DNA of 64,000 nt, from assembly GCA_050250255.1 (NCBI GenBank), contig JBFWOZ010000005.1, forward strand, positions 41,854-105,853, written 5' to 3'. The DNA comes from Bdellovibrionales bacterium (GTDB lineage: Bacteria; Bdellovibrionota; Bdellovibrionia; Bdellovibrionales; DASUEL01). Under the pieces are notes generated by a model. It was not told where the DNA came from. It saw only the letters and a program-made list of their open reading frames with translations, and did not search any database. Below, one piece after another: positions 21,231-29,307 of the stretch (its first letter is position 1; every line of letters begins with the position of its first letter). The translations under genes and the position numbers were made by a program.

Positions 21231-21289
21231 TTTTGTCCTGTCCTTCCGTTTTACTCGAATGCCTCCAGATGATCGGAGGTATTCACTTC
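21231..21289. repeat. 59-bp direct repeat R1, copy b
   Basis: TTTTGTCCTGTCCTTCCGTTTTACTCGAATGCCTCCAGATGATCGGAGGTATTCACTTC; 1024 bp downstream of copy a. Confidence 0.93.
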
Positions 21290-21347
21290 AACGATGCCTC
21301 TCTAGCCTCCACTATTGTTTGGCTCACATTTTGCAATTTCTAACAGA

Positions 21348-22184
21348 ATGCGCTGGCTCTTACTTACTTTTTTATATTTATCAATAGCTCAAGCTCATGC
21401 AACTCCACTCTCTTGTGGTGGCCTAAGCGGAGAAGACTATAGTCGTTTTTTTCGTAACAGTTCTACATTAGCTACAAAAAAAACTTATATTCCCAATATG
21501 TTAGAAGTTGAAGCCTATTTTAAGGAATGGCTTCTCAGCGAAAATACAAGCCAAACCTTTAAAGAGATGTTTTTTCAACTCCATCACCTGGCTGCAAATG
21601 GAAGCTCCGGCCGTTCCACCTACCGCCCACCTAAATCCCCTCCCAATATGAGGATAGGAGAAAAAAGGCAAGTCGCTCCTGTTCATTTAATTTTTGATCA
21701 AACGGTCATTAAAGAAATTCTTAAGTTAACAAGTCTAGAATGGAGAACTGATAGAGACGCCATCTATAGAATAAAATTGAGAGAGCCCCCTCCTGTCCTC
21801 CCCACTTTTTTTGCTCGTGGCGAAAAGCCCAATCGTGTCGGCCAAATTGAAATGGTTCATGCGATGGATCATGAATTAGAAGCCATTCACTCCAAAATGT
21901 CACATTTGCTTTCGGAAATTCGTTTAGATCTACAGCAGAAAAAACCAACGCGCACTGTGCTTGAAAAACTCGCTTACTACTACCAACTTGGTTGTTTCGC
22001 ACACACCTTTGAACGTATTAATAATTCTATATTAATGGCTCAGGTGAATGTTGTGCTCTCCTTACTTAGTATAACGCCGATCCCCCATGGTAATATGGAT
22101 ATGATTATGCGGTCAGTAGATACCGATAAGGCGACGGAATATTTTTTTCAGCAAATAGAGCATGTCAACGGACCCATAAAATAA
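21348..22184 (+). CDS. Secreted protein with divergent Fic/Fido-like motif
   Basis: Signal peptide MRWLLLTFLYLSIAQAHA; FFQLHHL helix; LAYYYQLGCFAHTFERINNSILMAQVNVVL...PI aligns by eye with Fic HPFxDGNGR...MN..L...P. Confidence 0.55.
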   Translation: MRWLLLTFLYLSIAQAHATPLSCGGLSGEDYSRFFRNSSTLATKKTYIPNMLEVEAYFKEWLLSENTSQTFKEMFFQLHHLAANGSSGRSTYRPPKSPPNMRIGEKRQVAPVHLIFDQTVIKEILKLTSLEWRTDRDAIYRIKLREPPPVLPTFFARGEKPNRVGQIEMVHAMDHELEAIHSKMSHLLSEIRLDLQQKKPTRTVLEKLAYYYQLGCFAHTFERINNSILMAQVNVVLSLLSITPIPHGNMDMIMRSVDTDKATEYFFQQIEHVNGPIK

Positions 22185-22202
22185 AAAAGCCTACTGTTTC
22201 CA
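22180..22202. repeat. 23-bp direct repeat R2, copy a
   Basis: AATAAAAAAGCCTACTGTTTCCA; 22/23 identical to 23657-23679. Confidence 0.85.
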
Positions 22203-22487
22203 ATCCACTCTTTCAATAAATTACTTCATACAAGAAAAACATAAATAAATTCTCAAAATGATTGACGTGAAATTTTTGTCTTTATTATGTCGGAAGCTTG
22301 AGCAATGGCACAATAAATTTTAAATTTATGTTTTAGGAAAATAAATTCAGCACAGGCGAATAGCGCCCTCAATATTAAACTTTAAAAGCTGGTTCTCCTC
22401 CCGTATTTTCATCACCAAAAAAACTCATGCTACAACTTCTTCAGCGAAGCTGAATCGTTTTTAGTTTCCAAATTTAAAGGAGCGTAG

Positions 22488-23492
22488 ATGAAAAATATGA
22501 AAGATGCAGAACTTTTAGTTCTAATTAAATCTAAAGTCCAAGCAGAGAGAAACCTGACGCTAGAAATCATTGATATTTTGCAGGAGATTCAAAGTCGTAG
22601 GCTTCATTTGCAGCGAGGCTATTCTTCTCTTCATGAGTTTTGCGTAAAAGAACTAAAATATTCTGATGGAGCAGCTTACCGAAGAATTAAGGCAATGAAA
22701 CTTGTGGAAGAAATGCCTGAGGCTATTAAGTCTATTGAGAGCGGAAGTCTTACTTTGACAACTGCAAGCCAACTACAAAATGTTTTTGAATCAAAAGCGA
22801 AAACCGCTAGACCGCTTACTCAAAATGAAAAAGCTAAACTCTTCCGCCAGATACAAAACCAATCCCGCCAAGAGGTAGAACGAACGATTGCAAAGGTCTG
22901 CCCTGAAATCATTAAGCGCGATGAGAAAGTGAGGATGCTTAATAATATGCAAGTGAAAGTGGAACTCATTCTCGATGAGAAGCTTTACGCGAAGCTCGAA
23001 AGACTTAAAAATCTCACATCCCATAGAAACAAAAACTTCGTTGAGTTAATTGAGCATTTAGCAGACCAAGAATTAAAACGCATTGATCCTGAAGAAAAGG
23101 CGAAAATAAAAACCTCAAGCTCAAAGAAATCTTCTAATGCTGCAGCTCATAAAAATAGCGGCAATGGTTCATTCAAAACAGCTTCTCCAACGAAGCTTGA
23201 TTTAACCCACGTGAAGACGAAAAACTCACGCTACATTCCTTCAGCAATCAGACATGCTGCTTGGATGAATAGTAAAGGTCGCTGCACATTTATCGATCCA
23301 CTTACGAAAAGAAGATGTGATTCGAACCATCGACTTCAATTGGAGCATATTAAGCCCTATGCAATTGGTGGAGAAAACTCCGTCGACAACTTAAGAATAC
23401 TTTGTGCGAATCACAACGAACTTACTGCGATTCGATTTTATGGGAAAAATAAAATTGAAAGTTATCAGCACCAAGGATCTGGTTGCTTCTAA
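22488..23492 (+). CDS. HNH endonuclease with DUF222-like N-terminal helical region
   Basis: AAGGAG RBS; N-terminal ERNLTLEIIDILQEIQSRRLHL.RGYSSLHEFC..ELKYSDGAAYRRI; C-terminal RYIPSAIR...RC.F..P....RC......LEHIKPYAIGGENSVDNLRILCANHN (Zn-HNH). Confidence 0.88.
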   Translation: MKNMKDAELLVLIKSKVQAERNLTLEIIDILQEIQSRRLHLQRGYSSLHEFCVKELKYSDGAAYRRIKAMKLVEEMPEAIKSIESGSLTLTTASQLQNVFESKAKTARPLTQNEKAKLFRQIQNQSRQEVERTIAKVCPEIIKRDEKVRMLNNMQVKVELILDEKLYAKLERLKNLTSHRNKNFVELIEHLADQELKRIDPEEKAKIKTSSSKKSSNAAAHKNSGNGSFKTASPTKLDLTHVKTKNSRYIPSAIRHAAWMNSKGRCTFIDPLTKRRCDSNHRLQLEHIKPYAIGGENSVDNLRILCANHNELTAIRFYGKNKIESYQHQGSGCF

Positions 23493-23557
23493 ACTCGATC
23501 CTTACATTGGCACCTCCAAAGAAGCTTAATTTTCGAAATTTCAAAGAAGTCTAATGA

Positions 23558-23631
23558 AACTGCCAAACTTTAGCCCGCGAAGCGGGTGAGGGCCGGAAGC
23601 CCGAATTTGGCAGTTGACCAACCATGGATGG
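23558..23631. repeat. REP/MITE-like structured element
   Basis: Outer stem AACTGCCAAA/TTTGGCAGTT encloses hairpins GCCCGC-GAA-GCGGGT and GGGC-CGGAA-GCCC, followed by CCATGGATGG. Confidence 0.65.
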
Positions 23632-23656
23632 GCGGCCTCTCACAAGATAACTTGCC

Positions 23657-23690
23657 AATAAAAAAGCCCACTGTTTCCAGCAGGCTTCTT
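23657..23690 (-). terminator. Intrinsic terminator of the 593-aa gene; includes R2 copy b (23657-23679)
   Basis: Minus strand AAGCCTGCTG-GAAA-CAGTGGGCTTTTTT. Confidence 0.8.
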
Positions 23691-23710
23691 CATTTTCAAT
23701 AAGAAATATC

Positions 23711-25492
23711 TTAATGAGTTGCGAGCTGAGAAACCGCTACACCGCTATTCATCCAGTCTTGAACCAGCTTATAGTTTGCAGAGATCGCTTTTTGCTCGTA
23801 ACGAAGAGGAACCTCAAACGGATTCACTCTTTGAGATGCGAACGTGCTCTTCAGCTTCATCAGTTCATCATCCATATATCCAGGAACCTTCTTCCATGTG
23901 CCACGAACCGCTTCATTCAGCTTCATGTAAGTCATGCCTTCGTAACCCAATTCTGTGAATGATCTTCCGCGGAAAACCATGTCCCAAAATAGAGATGGTA
24001 GATAAATGGAAATTCCGATATTGAACGCGCTTCCTAACCACTTACCAAAATTCAAGTTTTGTGGCATCACGATACGTACCGCATCGGTGAATACTTCAAG
24101 AACCACACGGTTAAAGTGTTTATACCAACCTACGTTTTCGTAATGAAGCCAAGAAGGTTGCTTTGTGAGCCAATTTCTTGGAATCGCTAAAGAGACAATC
24201 CCCTTCTTCTTTTCATCTTTGAAGACCGTTGCGTGACGGTTGTCTGACCAAACCATAGCTGTGTATTTCTTCTTTTGAAGCCATTCTAAGTTTTGGTTAC
24301 GTGCCTTTTCTTCTTTTTCCGTGACGATTCTTCGCTTTTCCACGCCGTCTGTCACGTCATCCGTTTCGATCATTTTATTGAGATAAAGCATCGTGATGGA
24401 AGTGTCGACGAAACTTCCTGGATCTTCCCACGGAATATTGATCGGATATTCTTCTCTCACGTAAGCTTCAAGAAGTTCTTGAAGAGCGTTCTCATGAGCA
24501 TTCTGACGATTTTTTAAGCCGTTCGCAATACGAGATACGAAAAGAGAAATAAAAGAACCATATTTACCGAGAATAGATTCAAGGATCGCGGCGTTACGCT
24601 CCAAGTTACTGAGTCCATACTTATACGCTAAGATGTCGTACGGATTATAGTAGTTGAGCACCCAACCCGGAAGTTGAGGAGCTTGCTCCCCTAGCACGTT
24701 CATTGGCGCCCATTCTAAATTAAATTCTTGAGCGTCTTCGCTCCAATTCATTTTGAATTGAGCAATGAAATCCTGCAAACCTTCGCGCTTCAGATCCTTC
24801 TTTAAAACCAATTTCGAAAACTCCGCCATAATGGGATAAAGCTTGTTTTCTTTTTCGGAAGATATATAAAGATCGGCCATTGTAAAAGAAGTGGGCTTAA
24901 ATCCCGAACGTCCTTTTCCGCCAGCAAGACGAGCTCCAACGTTTTTAGCGAGCCATTCGTCACGGAACTCTAATTTCGCAAATTCTTTTTTGCCACGAGC
25001 GATATCGCTTTCTGCAGAAGGAGTAAGCCATTTCGCTTCTTCCTTCGCAAAATCCGTATAGAACTGTTGATAAGTGGCGTCGGTTTCGTCACTTGGATCA
25101 AAATACATTCCATGACGAAGCACGTTTTCATTTTTCAACACGTCTTCTGGTGTCTCGTTCATTTTACGGTACTTATTCCAAAGACTTCTCAGAGACCATC
25201 CTCCGATTCCTATAGAACCAAGAAGCATGCTCTTCCACGTAAGAGGGTCCATCGTGTAATCAAACGCGACGACTGGGTAACCATCTGGATCAAATAAAAA
25301 TCCAAAACGATCCGCCACCTTGTAAAGCTTGAACTCCCCAGAAGGAGCAACAGCTTTTTTCTGCATTTCCTGCAGCGTAGGCGTTTTTTTGTATTTCGGG
25401 TTCTCCATAATTTCCTTCCAACTTCGTGGAAGGCCGGCATTGGCTGTAGATACCAGCGCAATACCAATAAAAAAGGCAAGAAAGCGACTCAT
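23711..25492 (-). CDS. Secreted hypothetical protein (593 aa)
   Basis: AAGGAGG RBS; signal peptide MSRFLAFFIGIALVSTANA; no recognised motif. Confidence 0.85.
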   Translation of the reverse strand: MSRFLAFFIGIALVSTANAGLPRSWKEIMENPKYKKTPTLQEMQKKAVAPSGEFKLYKVADRFGFLFDPDGYPVVAFDYTMDPLTWKSMLLGSIGIGGWSLRSLWNKYRKMNETPEDVLKNENVLRHGMYFDPSDETDATYQQFYTDFAKEEAKWLTPSAESDIARGKKEFAKLEFRDEWLAKNVGARLAGGKGRSGFKPTSFTMADLYISSEKENKLYPIMAEFSKLVLKKDLKREGLQDFIAQFKMNWSEDAQEFNLEWAPMNVLGEQAPQLPGWVLNYYNPYDILAYKYGLSNLERNAAILESILGKYGSFISLFVSRIANGLKNRQNAHENALQELLEAYVREEYPINIPWEDPGSFVDTSITMLYLNKMIETDDVTDGVEKRRIVTEKEEKARNQNLEWLQKKKYTAMVWSDNRHATVFKDEKKKGIVSLAIPRNWLTKQPSWLHYENVGWYKHFNRVVLEVFTDAVRIVMPQNLNFGKWLGSAFNIGISIYLPSLFWDMVFRGRSFTELGYEGMTYMKLNEAVRGTWKKVPGYMDDELMKLKSTFASQRVNPFEVPLRYEQKAISANYKLVQDWMNSGVAVSQLATH

Positions 25493-25737
25493 TGTTCCTC
25501 CTTGAATGATGAGCGTTCAATTTCTAATCTAATCCTTTTTTATTGATGCCACTATGCCATACCTGTCGATTTAGAAATTCTGAACCTACGTCGCAAGACT
25601 TTAAACACGTACAGTCGTGTGCGATTTTCTCTCGATAAAATGTCTATTTCCTCTCGTAAAAAATCTGATTCTTTTTTTGAGACGCAAAGATCTTCTTTTT
25701 TGATTATTTTTTATTCAATGTTTTCAAATACTTAGCC

Positions 25738-25765
25738 TAAAGGTGCGGAGACCTTAGTCCGAAAA
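25738..25765 (+). promoter_or_regulatory. Putative sigma-28-type promoter
   Basis: TAAA-N16-TCCGAAAA about 40 bp upstream of the lipoprotein gene. Confidence 0.4.
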
Positions 25766-25802
25766 GTATTTATCTCTAGATGAAAAGAGAAAAGGAGTTC
25801 CA

Positions 25803-26582
25803 ATGAAAACGCTCAACTTACATGGATTGTTATTGTTTTGCATCCTAAGCGTCGCGTGTTCACCGAAGAGTTTTACACCGGTGAGTACTTTGGCCTGTGA
25901 AGGTTGCCAAGGCTCTAACGATTCGAACAAAGAAGAAACCCCACCCATCACTTTCGCCGAGCAAGACTTAGAGGGAGCCGCAGACGGTGGTGCCAACGAC
26001 AAAGCCATTCTTATTCACTTCAACAAAACCACAAAGATGTTCCAGATTAAAATTCCTATCGCGGGGCTGAACCTCAGCATCGATACGACCATTCCTCAGA
26101 TTCCCGATAGCCATGTGGAAGTGGTGATGGAAGACATCAGTGGAAACGGTGTGTTTATTCCCGTACTTCTTGTGGAAATTCCAGGCGTGTATGTTCTTGG
26201 TAAACTCGGTTTCGACCCGGGCCAATTAGGCCTCGATCCCACTCGCCTTCCTAACGGAGACCTCATCCCTCCTATGCCAGGCGGCGAAGGGCCTGCCATT
26301 TCCTTTTTGATACCGAACATCAATCACGTGGTTCGCCTCTATCTTGGGATCAATGTGATTGGGGTATTTATAGAAGCAGGCTTTGTTCCAACGCTCCCCG
26401 TGGTGACCCAGATCACCTTCCCGATCAAGAACAAGTCCCGTAATGAAGTGATAGGTTATACCTCTTTGATTTCTAAGAAAGTCCCTTTTAACGGCGGATT
26501 CTTCGTCTCCCTCGTTATGCCTCGACAAATTGCCGGTGATCTCGACGATTTCTTAGCGAAATTTATCACGACCGCAAATTGA
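25803..26582 (+). CDS. Hypothetical lipoprotein
   Basis: AAGGAG RBS; lipobox LSVAC; Pro/Gly-rich LDPTRLPNGDLIPPMPGGEGP segment. Confidence 0.8.
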   Translation: MKTLNLHGLLLFCILSVACSPKSFTPVSTLACEGCQGSNDSNKEETPPITFAEQDLEGAADGGANDKAILIHFNKTTKMFQIKIPIAGLNLSIDTTIPQIPDSHVEVVMEDISGNGVFIPVLLVEIPGVYVLGKLGFDPGQLGLDPTRLPNGDLIPPMPGGEGPAISFLIPNINHVVRLYLGINVIGVFIEAGFVPTLPVVTQITFPIKNKSRNEVIGYTSLISKKVPFNGGFFVSLVMPRQIAGDLDDFLAKFITTAN

Positions 26583-26740
26583 CGCTACCCTTCAGAAGCC
26601 TCGAAGGGGCCTAAGGCCCCTTCCGAGATCTTGAAAACCTCTGAGTTCTGACTTTTTTTGTTGATTAAAGAGGCATTCCTTTGATTAATCATAATGGTGA
26701 GATTTCACTAACTTCATAGACAACGGACTGAGGAGCTATC

Positions 26741-27157
26741 ATGGCAAAGAAAAAGAAGACTAAAAAAGTAGCGAAAAAAACAACTAAGAAAGCCGCTAAA
26801 AAAACGACTAAAAAAGTGGCAAAGAAAACGACTAAAAAAGCCGCTCCAAAAAAAGCAGCGAAAAAGGCAACTAAGAAGGCGACCGCTAAAAAAGCAGCCC
26901 CTAAAAAAGCGGCTGCTCCTAAGAAAAAGGCGAAGTCTTCAGTAATGCCAGCCGCTGCCAGCGGATTCGCATCAGGATTTAATTCAGGCGAAGAATCCAT
27001 TGAGTCTGTTGAGACCATGGATGATGCTGCTACTGATGAGTTGTCAGGAGAGCCTACTGCTGAGACTGAAAACTACGAAAATCTTAATGACGACGATGCG
27101 TTTGATGATGATGATGAAGCTGAAGAAGAAGCTGACGACGACGAAGGTTACTTCTAA
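26741..27157 (+). CDS. Histone H1-like Lys/Ala-rich protein with acidic C-terminal tail
   Basis: GAGGAG RBS; repeats KKVAKKTT/KKAAKKTT/KKAAP; tail DDDAFDDDDEAEEEADDDEGYF; own terminator. Confidence 0.85.
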   Translation: MAKKKKTKKVAKKTTKKAAKKTTKKVAKKTTKKAAPKKAAKKATKKATAKKAAPKKAAAPKKKAKSSVMPAAASGFASGFNSGEESIESVETMDDAATDELSGEPTAETENYENLNDDDAFDDDDEAEEEADDDEGYF

Positions 27158-27186
27158 TTTTTAAATGAACTTCTCGTGTGATTTTT

Positions 27187-27214
27187 AAAAAAAGGGAGCT
27201 CGGCTCCCTTTTTT
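27187..27214. terminator. Bidirectional intrinsic terminator
   Basis: A-run, GGGAGC-TCG-GCTCCC, T-run between convergent genes. Confidence 0.88.
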
Positions 27215-27231
27215 ATTTCAACATTACTTAC

Positions 27232-27951
27232 TTATTTGAATAAACGACCTTTATCGATTGTTACAGAGACAACGCCATAGTAGCCCCACTTACGTTCCTT
27301 ACTACCATCTTCGTGGGTATTCTTCGTCACACCACGACCACCTTCAACGGTGAGATTCTTTGGCAAACGAATTCCAACACCAAAGCCGCCAAAAACTTGA
27401 GTTTTGACTTGGTTGTCATGTTCTGTGTCAGAAACATCCATGTATCTCATCGCATAAAGCTTAGAGCTCACATAGACATATTTCCAACCAAGAGCCGCAA
27501 GAGGAGTCACCTTTGCTGAGAGTCCACCACCGAGTGCTGGCATCAAAGGAACGGTTACATCAGCTTGTACAGTAAAAGTATCTGCTAACACGCTGACACC
27601 TGCGCCCACTGTTAAGAGACCAACTGAACCCATAGTATCATCGCCAGATTTGACGGTAGCTCCCGCACCAACATCCACATTATAGTTGATATTTTTCCAA
27701 CTTTTCACATAAACAACTCGTGATTTTTCATCAAGTTCATTGTTTTTGCCTACGGGAATTAACAAAAAATCCTTATCAAGTGCATGTTCACTCACAATCA
27801 CTTTTCCGGCTTCAATCGTCTCCATGGTTTCAGCAGGATTTGATCCAAATAGATTTTGGTAAAGGTGAGGATTCATTGGCTCTGCAGAAACGTCTTGCGC
27901 CAAAAAATTGAGAGCAAGCAATAGTGCCGCAGCAAATGCTGTTTTATTCAT
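27232..27951 (-). CDS. Secreted protein, probable small outer-membrane beta-barrel
   Basis: Signal peptide; alternating Gly/hydrophobic strands (GAGVSV, FGGFGVGIR, WGYYGVVSVTI). Confidence 0.6.
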   Translation of the reverse strand: MNKTAFAAALLLALNFLAQDVSAEPMNPHLYQNLFGSNPAETMETIEAGKVIVSEHALDKDFLLIPVGKNNELDEKSRVVYVKSWKNINYNVDVGAGATVKSGDDTMGSVGLLTVGAGVSVLADTFTVQADVTVPLMPALGGGLSAKVTPLAALGWKYVYVSSKLYAMRYMDVSDTEHDNQVKTQVFGGFGVGIRLPKNLTVEGGRGVTKNTHEDGSKERKWGYYGVVSVTIDKGRLFK

Positions 27952-27976
27952 CAGTACTCCTTGTAAGGGTTAAAAG

Positions 27977-28010
27977 ATAAAGGGGGGAGCCTTATTGCTC
28001 CCCCCTTTAT
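27977..28010 (-). terminator. Terminator/hairpin after the sigma-54 activator gene
   Basis: ATAAAGGGGGGAGC-N6-GCTCCCCCCTTTAT. Confidence 0.8.
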
Positions 28011-28033
28011 TAAATTCGTAAATGAAAAATGAA

Positions 28034-29074
28034 TTAAAGTTTAACTTTTGAGTGAATGGCAAAGTTCTCAAACTCACCGTACTCATGAAGCTTATTATAA
28101 AGCGTCTTGATCGTGATTCCGAGAGCGTTGGCCGCTTGGGTCTTATTCCCTTTGAAGTGACTCAAAGCTTTTAAGATATAGCGTTTTTCCAATTCATGAA
28201 TCGTCATGGTTGGATCGTAATCGTCCATCATGATTTTAACGTCAGGGTTCTTGATATTTTCAGGAAGATCTCCTGGCATAATCGTATGACCTTCAGCCAA
28301 AATCTGCATGCGTTCGCAAATGTTTTGCAACTCACGAATATTTCCTGGCCAGTCGTACTTCATCAAAAACGTCATCGCTTCCTCACTCACGCTCGTCTTT
28401 TGAGCGGGATTTGAGGGATGCGAACTCAAAAAGTATTCTACAAGAAGAGAAATATCTTCTTTTCTTTGGCGAAGAGGAGGCATTTGAGCCGTAATCGTAT
28501 TTACGCGATAAAACAAATCTTCACGGAATCGACCTTTAGTGACTTCGACTTCAAGATCTTTATTCGTAGCACTGACTAAACGAATATCCACTTTAATGGG
28601 GTCTTTACCACCAACGCGGAAAATTTCTCCCTCTTGAATGAAGCGAAGAAGCTTCGCTTGGATACCTGGACTCAGTTCACCGATTTCATCAAGGAAAAGA
28701 GTTCCACCGTTTGCTACTTCCGCAAGACCGATCTTACGTGTGTAGGCACCCGTAAAGGCTCCCTTTTCGTGACCAAATAATTCACTCTCGAGAAGAGTTT
28801 CACGAAGAGCACCACAGTTAATAGCTACAAACGGCTTAAACTTACGGGGGCTTCTTTCATGGATGGCGCGGGCGATAAGTTCTTTACCCGTACCGCTTTC
28901 TCCCAATACAAGAACGGTAGCTTGAGAAGGGGCTACACGCTCCACAAGCTTGATCATGCGATTCATCGCTTCGGATCTATAGATGATCTTGCTTGTTTCT
29001 GGTCCAGTCGTCTTGCGGTTATAGTTCCCCGACATCATACTGGAAGGGAGAATAGGATTATTCGCTTCTGACAT
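28034..29074 (-). CDS. Sigma-54-dependent enhancer-binding protein without N-terminal sensory domain
   Basis: GESGTGKE, intact GAFTGA, LFLDEI, FREDLFYRVN, WPGNIREL, Fis HTH; only about 30 residues precede the AAA+ domain. Confidence 0.93.
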   Translation of the reverse strand: MSEANNPILPSSMMSGNYNRKTTGPETSKIIYRSEAMNRMIKLVERVAPSQATVLVLGESGTGKELIARAIHERSPRKFKPFVAINCGALRETLLESELFGHEKGAFTGAYTRKIGLAEVANGGTLFLDEIGELSPGIQAKLLRFIQEGEIFRVGGKDPIKVDIRLVSATNKDLEVEVTKGRFREDLFYRVNTITAQMPPLRQRKEDISLLVEYFLSSHPSNPAQKTSVSEEAMTFLMKYDWPGNIRELQNICERMQILAEGHTIMPGDLPENIKNPDVKIMMDDYDPTMTIHELEKRYILKALSHFKGNKTQAANALGITIKTLYNKLHEYGEFENFAIHSKVKL

Positions 29075-29163
29075 ACGTACCACCTTTACAACATTGGGAG
29101 TTTCACTCCCTATTAATATGGCGCGTCATGATCTGTTAAAATGAGATGAAGGAGGATCCGAGG

Positions 29164-29178
29164 TTCTCATTTTGAGAC
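29164..29178. promoter_or_regulatory. Palindromic motif TTCTCA-TTT-TGAGAC (candidate regulator site)
   Basis: Related copies at 30781-30795 and 13973-13987. Confidence 0.45.
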
Positions 29179-29307
29179 TTTAACGCAGAGGCACAATTTA
29201 CCATTGCATTGAAATAACTGCAAGATAAATTATGCTTCGCGTAATAATCAAATAACATAGTAAATACATGTATTTATAAATATTGATGGTTTGCGTTAAA
29301 ATAATTT

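Noticed and set aside
20207..21289. R1 repeats as a CRISPR array or tRNA-derived att sites
   Set aside because: Only two copies 1 kb apart, no cas genes, and no tRNA T-arm/CCA features.
25535..25565. Sigma-54 promoter for the 593-aa gene (TGGCATAGTGGCATC on the minus strand)
   Set aside because: The -24 GG is present but the -12 GC is not at the required spacing.
26689..27018. Antisense hydrophobic ORF (AAFLGAAFL...)
   Set aside because: Shadow of the Lys/Ala repeats of the H1-like gene on the other strand.
29225..29300. Possible dif site upstream of xerC (GCTTCGCGTAA..., palindrome TAAATACATGTATTTA)
   Set aside because: Only a XerC-arm-like half is present; no TTATGTTAAAT-like arm at 6-bp spacing. 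More likely an AT-rich promoter.
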